Source: the human T2T-CHM13v2.0 reference genome, Homo sapiens. From it: a stretch of 64,000 nucleotides of DNA. The stretch's first letter is position 1. Each line of letters begins with the position of its first letter. Shown here piece after piece: positions 58,453 to 64,000 of the stretch. The DNA is taken from the NCBI RefSeq assembly GCF_009914755.1, contig NC_060931.1; one strand, given 5' to 3'. Position numbers and translations under genes: made by a program. The notes beneath the pieces are model-generated. The model saw only the letters and a list, made by a program, of their open reading frames with translations, did not search any database and was not told the origin of the DNA.

Positions 58453-59281
58453 GGCCGGGCACGGTGGCTCACGCCTGTAGTCTCAACACTCTGGGAGGTC
58501 AAGGCGGGAGGATCACTTGAGCCCAGGAGTTCAAGACCAGCCTGGGCAACATAGGGAGACCCTTGTCTCTACATAAAAATAAAAAATAAAAAAATAGCTC
58601 TTCCCTTTTGTGGCCATCACCAAAGCGGCAGTGGCCAAAGTGGAGTTCAATCCCTTTGTGACTTCTGATCGAAGCAAGTACCACAAAAGGCATTTCAATG
58701 CACTTTCCCACATTCTCAGAAATATTAGGTCTTCCTCTCTTTGCAAAGAGCTGAGACAGAAGTACAATGTTCAATCCATGACCATCCGAAAGGATGATGA
58801 AGTTCAGGTTGTACACAGGCACTACAAAGGTCAGCAAATTGGCAAAGTAGTCCAGGTTTACAGGAAGAAATATGTCACCTACATTGCACAGGTGCAGCAG
58901 GAAAAGGCTAATGGCACAACTGTCCACATAGGCATTCACCCCAGCAAGGTGGTTAGCACTAGGCTAAAACTGGACAAAGACTGCAAAAAGATTCTTGAAC
59001 GGAAAGCCAAATCTTAGCAAGTAGGAAGGGAAAGGGGCAAATACAAGGAAGAAACAATTGGATAAAGGAATAAAGGAATCTTGTATACAAGCTTTCATCA
59101 AAACTTGAAAAAAAAAAAAATAGCCAGGCACGGTGACATGCCTGTGGGCCCAGCTACTGGGGAGACTGAGGCAGGAGGACTGCTTGAGCCTGGGACATTG
59201 AGGCTACAGTGAGCTGTGATCATGCCACTGCACTGCACAGCCTGGGTGACATAGTGAGACTGTGTCTCAAAAAAAAAAAAA
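58453..59281 (+). mobile_element. AluJ split in its A-rich linker by the RPL26 retrocopy (left arm 58453-58597, right arm ~59121-59281)
   Basis: Left arm ggccgggcacgg...ccttgtctctac; right arm tagccaggcacggtg...ctgtgtctcaaaa. Outer TSD aagaagataata on both sides. Confidence 0.88.
58598..59120 (+). pseudogene. Full-length processed pseudogene of RPL26 (uL24)
   Basis: Starts with the 5'TOP tract ctcttcccttttg. Start codon is GTG at 58640. Peptide [11 protein letters not shown]...[10 protein letters not shown]...IHPSKVV...LERKAKS with a premature TAG at 59015-59017. Poly-A; TSD aaaaaaatagc. Confidence 0.95.
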
Positions 59282-59419
59282 GAAGAGGAAGAAGAAGATA
59301 ATAATAACACATGGTGTTTAGACCTGCTCTGTGCCTTGCATTGTACTCACCACTGCACAGAATTATAGCCCTATATAAGCTGTGTTATAAATTCATAACC
59401 CTATAAAAATAAATTGTAG

Positions 59420-60230
59420 AGAAGATTGGTTGAGCACTCACCGTGTCTCAGGCATTATGCCAATATTCCATTAAATCTTCACAACAACTCTCTGGTGGAG
59501 GTATAATTGCTATTATCCTATTTTATAGATGGGGATACTGAAAAACAGAAAAGTTCAAATTTGCCCAAACTCCCATAGCTAATAAATGGCCAAGCCAGGA
59601 CTCAAAGTGTCTAGTTCCAAAGCCTGTGCATAGACTCCTCATGTACAACACTAGCTTATCGCAACAGATGACAGAACTTGGGCTTAGAGGATTGAAGTAA
59701 CAAAGCCAAGGGTTCACAGCCACCAGGGAGTAGAACCAGTACTCAAATCCAACCTTCTCTGAACCTGAAGTACACCCTACATTTGTCTATCATACTGCCT
59801 CCATAATAGAGGAAAAGTCTAATTCCAATAGAATAAGAAAAGTAAGCCATCCTTTGTGTTAGGAGTAATACTCAGTGATAACGAATACACTGATCAGTGG
59901 CATAAAAGGGTATCAGGAGTATAGAGATAGAGAGAACAGAGGTTAACAAATAACCACCCCCAAACCATGGGAGTGTGGATGATGGGATGGGTGACCTGCA
60001 TTTTCTAGCCACTTCTCAACGCTGGCAACTGCAGCATAGCAGTACAGGGGCTGGACTCTGAGGCCAATGACACTGCCTGCAAGTCCTGGCTCTGCTGCTT
60101 ACTAGTTATGTAAGCTTGGGCAAATTACTTTGCTTTTCTGGGTTTGAGTTTCTTCATCTGAAAAATGCTAACGATAACGGGGTTGTTAGAGGAATAAGTG
60201 ATTTAGTCATTGTAAGTTGCTGTAAGAACA
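59420..60230. mobile_element. MIR fragments
   Basis: cctattttatagatggggatactgaa...aatttgcccaa; aagtcctggctctgctgcttactag...ttgggcaaattactt...gtttcttcatctg. Confidence 0.7.
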
Positions 60231-63200
60231 GCTTGTATTAAATAATTCCTGACCCACACACTAAGTGCTAGCATTGATTATAAAATAATTGTGTTTTATA
60301 TTAATTAAGGACTTCCTGAAATATGCTCTGCTCCCAATTCTGTGGCTAATTCTTGCTGTGTATTCACCTGCTTAGCCTTGACAGGAGGCTTGCTTTTGTT
60401 TCTGTTCTGCTCTTGGCATTCTAAGCCTCAGGAATTTATGTCTTTGTCTTCCGCCCCAGACCTACTGATTTGGATTTCTTACCTCATTTTGAGCAACCTG
60501 TGGCCCACGGCCTCATGCCTCAGATTCCCAATGAGTAGATCCCTAATAATTGCTCTCAGAAGTCCTTGTTACAAACCACTTGCCACTTTGACCCTTCCTT
60601 CCCTCCTCCATAGTAGTTCAGCTCCATGGATTCTGGCATGTCTGTTGGCATGAACTAGAGTGATTTTTTACTCACTGCCTCCTTACTCTGGGACTAAACT
60701 CTGGATCTGACATTTATATTTTAGGTTTGCACCTCTATTGATTTATCCCTCATAGTAGAACTAAAACTGGTACAGCCCTTTACAATTTACAAAGCAACTC
60801 CACAGACATTACGAAATTCAACCTTGACAACAATCCTTTGAGGCAGGCATTTTTATTGTTCCTAAATATAGAAGGAGGTTCAGGCAAGATAAATAATTTG
60901 ACCACAACTACAAAGAATTACTGACAGAGATAAAACTAGAAATCAAGTCTTCTGACTACACACACTGTATTCTTTTGTAACTCCAATCTGCCCATAAGGT
61001 TTGCACACTCTTCATACCAGCCCTCCACCACCCAAAGCGCAGCTATACAAATTCCCAAGCTGATATGCCCCGCCTTGACTCTCACCTCAACTTTTGTACC
61101 TACATTAGCAGCTCTTGTACATAATCACCTCCACAGCCACATGAAGCTCAGCATCCTTTATAGCTCACTAGCACTGTCTATGTGTATGGGTCCATTTCCA
61201 TCAATGGTCTCAAGTGTTTCCTTGACTCAACACCTCAGAATAACATTTGACTCCTGCCTCGCCCTCACCCATCACATTCAGTTATCTATTGAAGCTGAAG
61301 ATCCTTCCTTTGTGTTGCCTCCCATATGTTTCTTCTTCTTTCCGGTCACGCACCCACTGCTCCAATTCAGGTCCTCATCACTTCACCCTTGAACTATTAC
61401 CATAGTCTTCTCCTTGTGTTCATTTTCTCCCTTTTCATTTCATCTGAAAGCTACACCAAATTAATCTTGGTAACATGCCACTTCATCTCTCACTGAAAAG
61501 CTTTCTGTGGTTCTGCACATCCTTTAGGATAAGCTCTCAATTTCTTAACATGCTGTTTCCTAAACCATGTGCTGAGAAACACTAGACTCCCTGAATATTA
61601 ATAGAAGCTTCATTTAAAAAAAAGAAAAGGAAAGAAATGCTACCTGCTATCACCACTTCTCCATGTACATGCACATTCACTAAGAAACTGAATATATTAT
61701 CAAGACATTGGAAGTTTTCTTAAGCCAACGTTTTCAAAATGTGTTGGACCACAGAACACTTTCTTCAGTGAAAACTTAGGAATATTCGCTTGGCATTAAC
61801 ATTCCACAAAACGGTTTAAGATATTCACCCCTTCACCTCCTTGTCCCTTTCTAAACTTAGCTTCTGCTACTACCTTACACAAATCATTCCTGTCTTTACA
61901 TTGGTTGCTAAGTAAATTGAACTAAGTCCTACCTTTAAGTTTGACACCACCCTTCTCTGACCACCCGAGGCATAAAGTGTCCCAAATTCAACTCACAGCA
62001 GTGTGGACCACATGTCCCAGTTTTTCTACATGGTCCTGGTTTTATGTAATTTGCCCTTCTTAATAAAGATGATTAAAACATAGCATGAAATGAACTTTTT
62101 ATTTTGAGAGATTTATTTTTATTTAAAAATTTTTTATTGAGTTACAATTGACAAAAAAATGTATAAGTTTAAGCTGTACAATGTGACAATTTTATATACA
62201 GATAAAGTGAAGTAATTACCACAATTAAGCTTGGTGCATCCATCACTGATTGTAATAAGTTGCACATTAGAAAACAAATCTTTTCCTGAATTACATATCC
62301 CAATTTCCAATTTATATAGTTGGCTTGCTGTCATTGAGCACACCTATTTTTTGTATTGCTAATTTGAGGCACTCTATGTAGTACTACATTGTTAATTCTG
62401 TTTTATGTCTTTTCATATCTCTCCTAGTAGGTTAGTCTATTTTTCTCTAGTACTTATTTATCTCTCAGAGTTAGAATTTACATTGATTATAATAATGGTT
62501 CTGTGGCTACCTATTACAGACATTCAAATGGCAAAGTCCTTTTTACCCAAAATAAAAATTTCAGTTTTAAAGAGCAAGCTGACTGCCTAAGAAATGAAAA
62601 CCCTGCTTTAATTTAAGGAATAAGGTCTAGTCCTTGGGCATCTCAAAGCCACAAAACTTAAAGGAAACCAAAAGCACTAGTACCAAAGTCCCTACTCTAT
62701 CCACTTCCAGAGCCCTCTGGGCTTTCAGCTACTGCTTCTTTTAAAAACATACAGTGCTTCAATATAAAACAAGTGTGGGTACTAAATTATTTGTGGGTGA
62801 AATAATAGGATACTTTGGATTTGTCTTAAAACATTGCAGCAAAAATAAAAACACCAAAGGGCAGTGGAGCAAACACAGATTAAACATAATTGAAAAAATG
62901 TTGATAGGTATTGAATTGGATAATAAATACATGAGGGCTCAGCTCAGTATACTATGTTTGTATATGTTTGAAAATGTCTATAATAAAAAGCTCTAAAAAT
63001 GTATAGGTGACCGATGTTTATTAAACAGGGAGGATGATGATGGCCCAAGTGCTTTTCCCATCAGCTCTGTACCCCTATGAGGTTCTACTCATTTCACTGC
63101 CAGTGGTCAGCTCAACCCAGCTCCTCACTTAATCCCACAGTCACCCAGCCTGCTTTCACTACCCCCAGGCCTCTGAGCAAAAACAACCAAGGAGTAACTT

Positions 63201-63249
63201 CCATCAAGAGAAGGTAAGTAAATGGAGCTAGGTCTCTTTCGCTTTATCT

Positions 63250-63571
63250 TTTTTCCTGTTTTTGTTTGTTTGTTTTTTATTTTTGTTTTGAGACAGAGTC
63301 TTGCTCTGTCACCCACGCTGGTGTGCAGTGGTACAATCTTGGCTCACTGCAATGTCTGCCTCCCAGATTCAAGCAATTCTCGTGCCTCAGCCTCCTGAGT
63401 AGCTGAGACTACAGGCACACAACACCATGCCCAGCTGATCTTTGTATCTTTAGTAAAAACGGGGTTTAACCATGTTGGCCAAGCTGGTCTCAAACTCCTG
63501 ACTTCATGTGATCCACCCACCACAGCATCCCAAAGTGCTGGGATTACAGGCATGAGCCACCGTGCCTGGCC
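63250..63571 (-). mobile_element. AluS
   Basis: T-rich tail, then gagacagagtcttgctctgtcacc...cgtgcctggcc. Confidence 0.93.
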
Positions 63572-64000
63572 TTTTTTTCCTGTTTTCTATCTGTTCTTCT
63601 GTCCACCAACCTATCTCCCTCCCTGTCAGCCCACCCAACTGCCCACCTGCACATCTGCTGCCCTTCCTTGCTCCAGCTCCATCAGTTTTTGAACTAGCCA
63701 AAACTCTTTGGCCAACTCTGCCCAGATCTTCATAATATTTCACCTAAAACTAGTGCAGGTATCTCAGCTATCCATCAGTTTTTGTCAACTCTTTGACTAA
63801 TATTAATAATATTTCTCTTAAAATCTTTGTTATTAATTGATGCCAGGAAAACAAATCTTCTGCTTTTCTCTGCCTTCTTGTGTCCTTTTGACTCTTTCTG
63901 ACAATGTAAATCCTGACTCCACTGCTGCCCCATTCCGAACCTTCTGTGCATGGTCTACTTCCAAGATCCTTCAGATGGTGCCTCATGATACACAACGTCT

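Noticed and set aside
58610-59017. 135-aa RPL26-like ORF as a functional retrogene
   Set aside because: The ATG is lost (GTG), a premature TAG removes the C-terminus, and there are many substitutions at conserved residues.

Overview
Primate (almost certainly human) genomic DNA, dominated by interspersed repeats. The single-exon CTAGE-family retrogene on the minus strand (best match CTAGE6) points to the segmentally duplicated TCAF/CTAGE region of 7q35; this placement comes from recognition, not a search. The only intact protein-coding region is the 777-codon CTAGE retrogene (20011-17678, -). The window also holds processed pseudogenes of PAICS and RPL26, a ~300-bp retrocopied mRNA 3' end of unidentified origin inside an L1 ORF1, and a ~2-kb near-identical direct duplication (1-2047 / 25647-27691). 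It contains many L1, Alu, L2, MIR, LTR and Tigger remnants. The most unusual element is a 5.4-kb HERV-H built like an RNA rather than a provirus (R-U5...U3-R-polyA with a 10-bp target-site duplication), i.e. an apparent L1-mobilised 'processed' endogenous retrovirus. I see no rRNA, tRNA or CRISPR array and no convincing new multi-gene system. Most short ORFs in the track are repeat-derived noise. Repeat subfamily names come from remembered consensus sequences and need RepeatMasker/Dfam confirmation.
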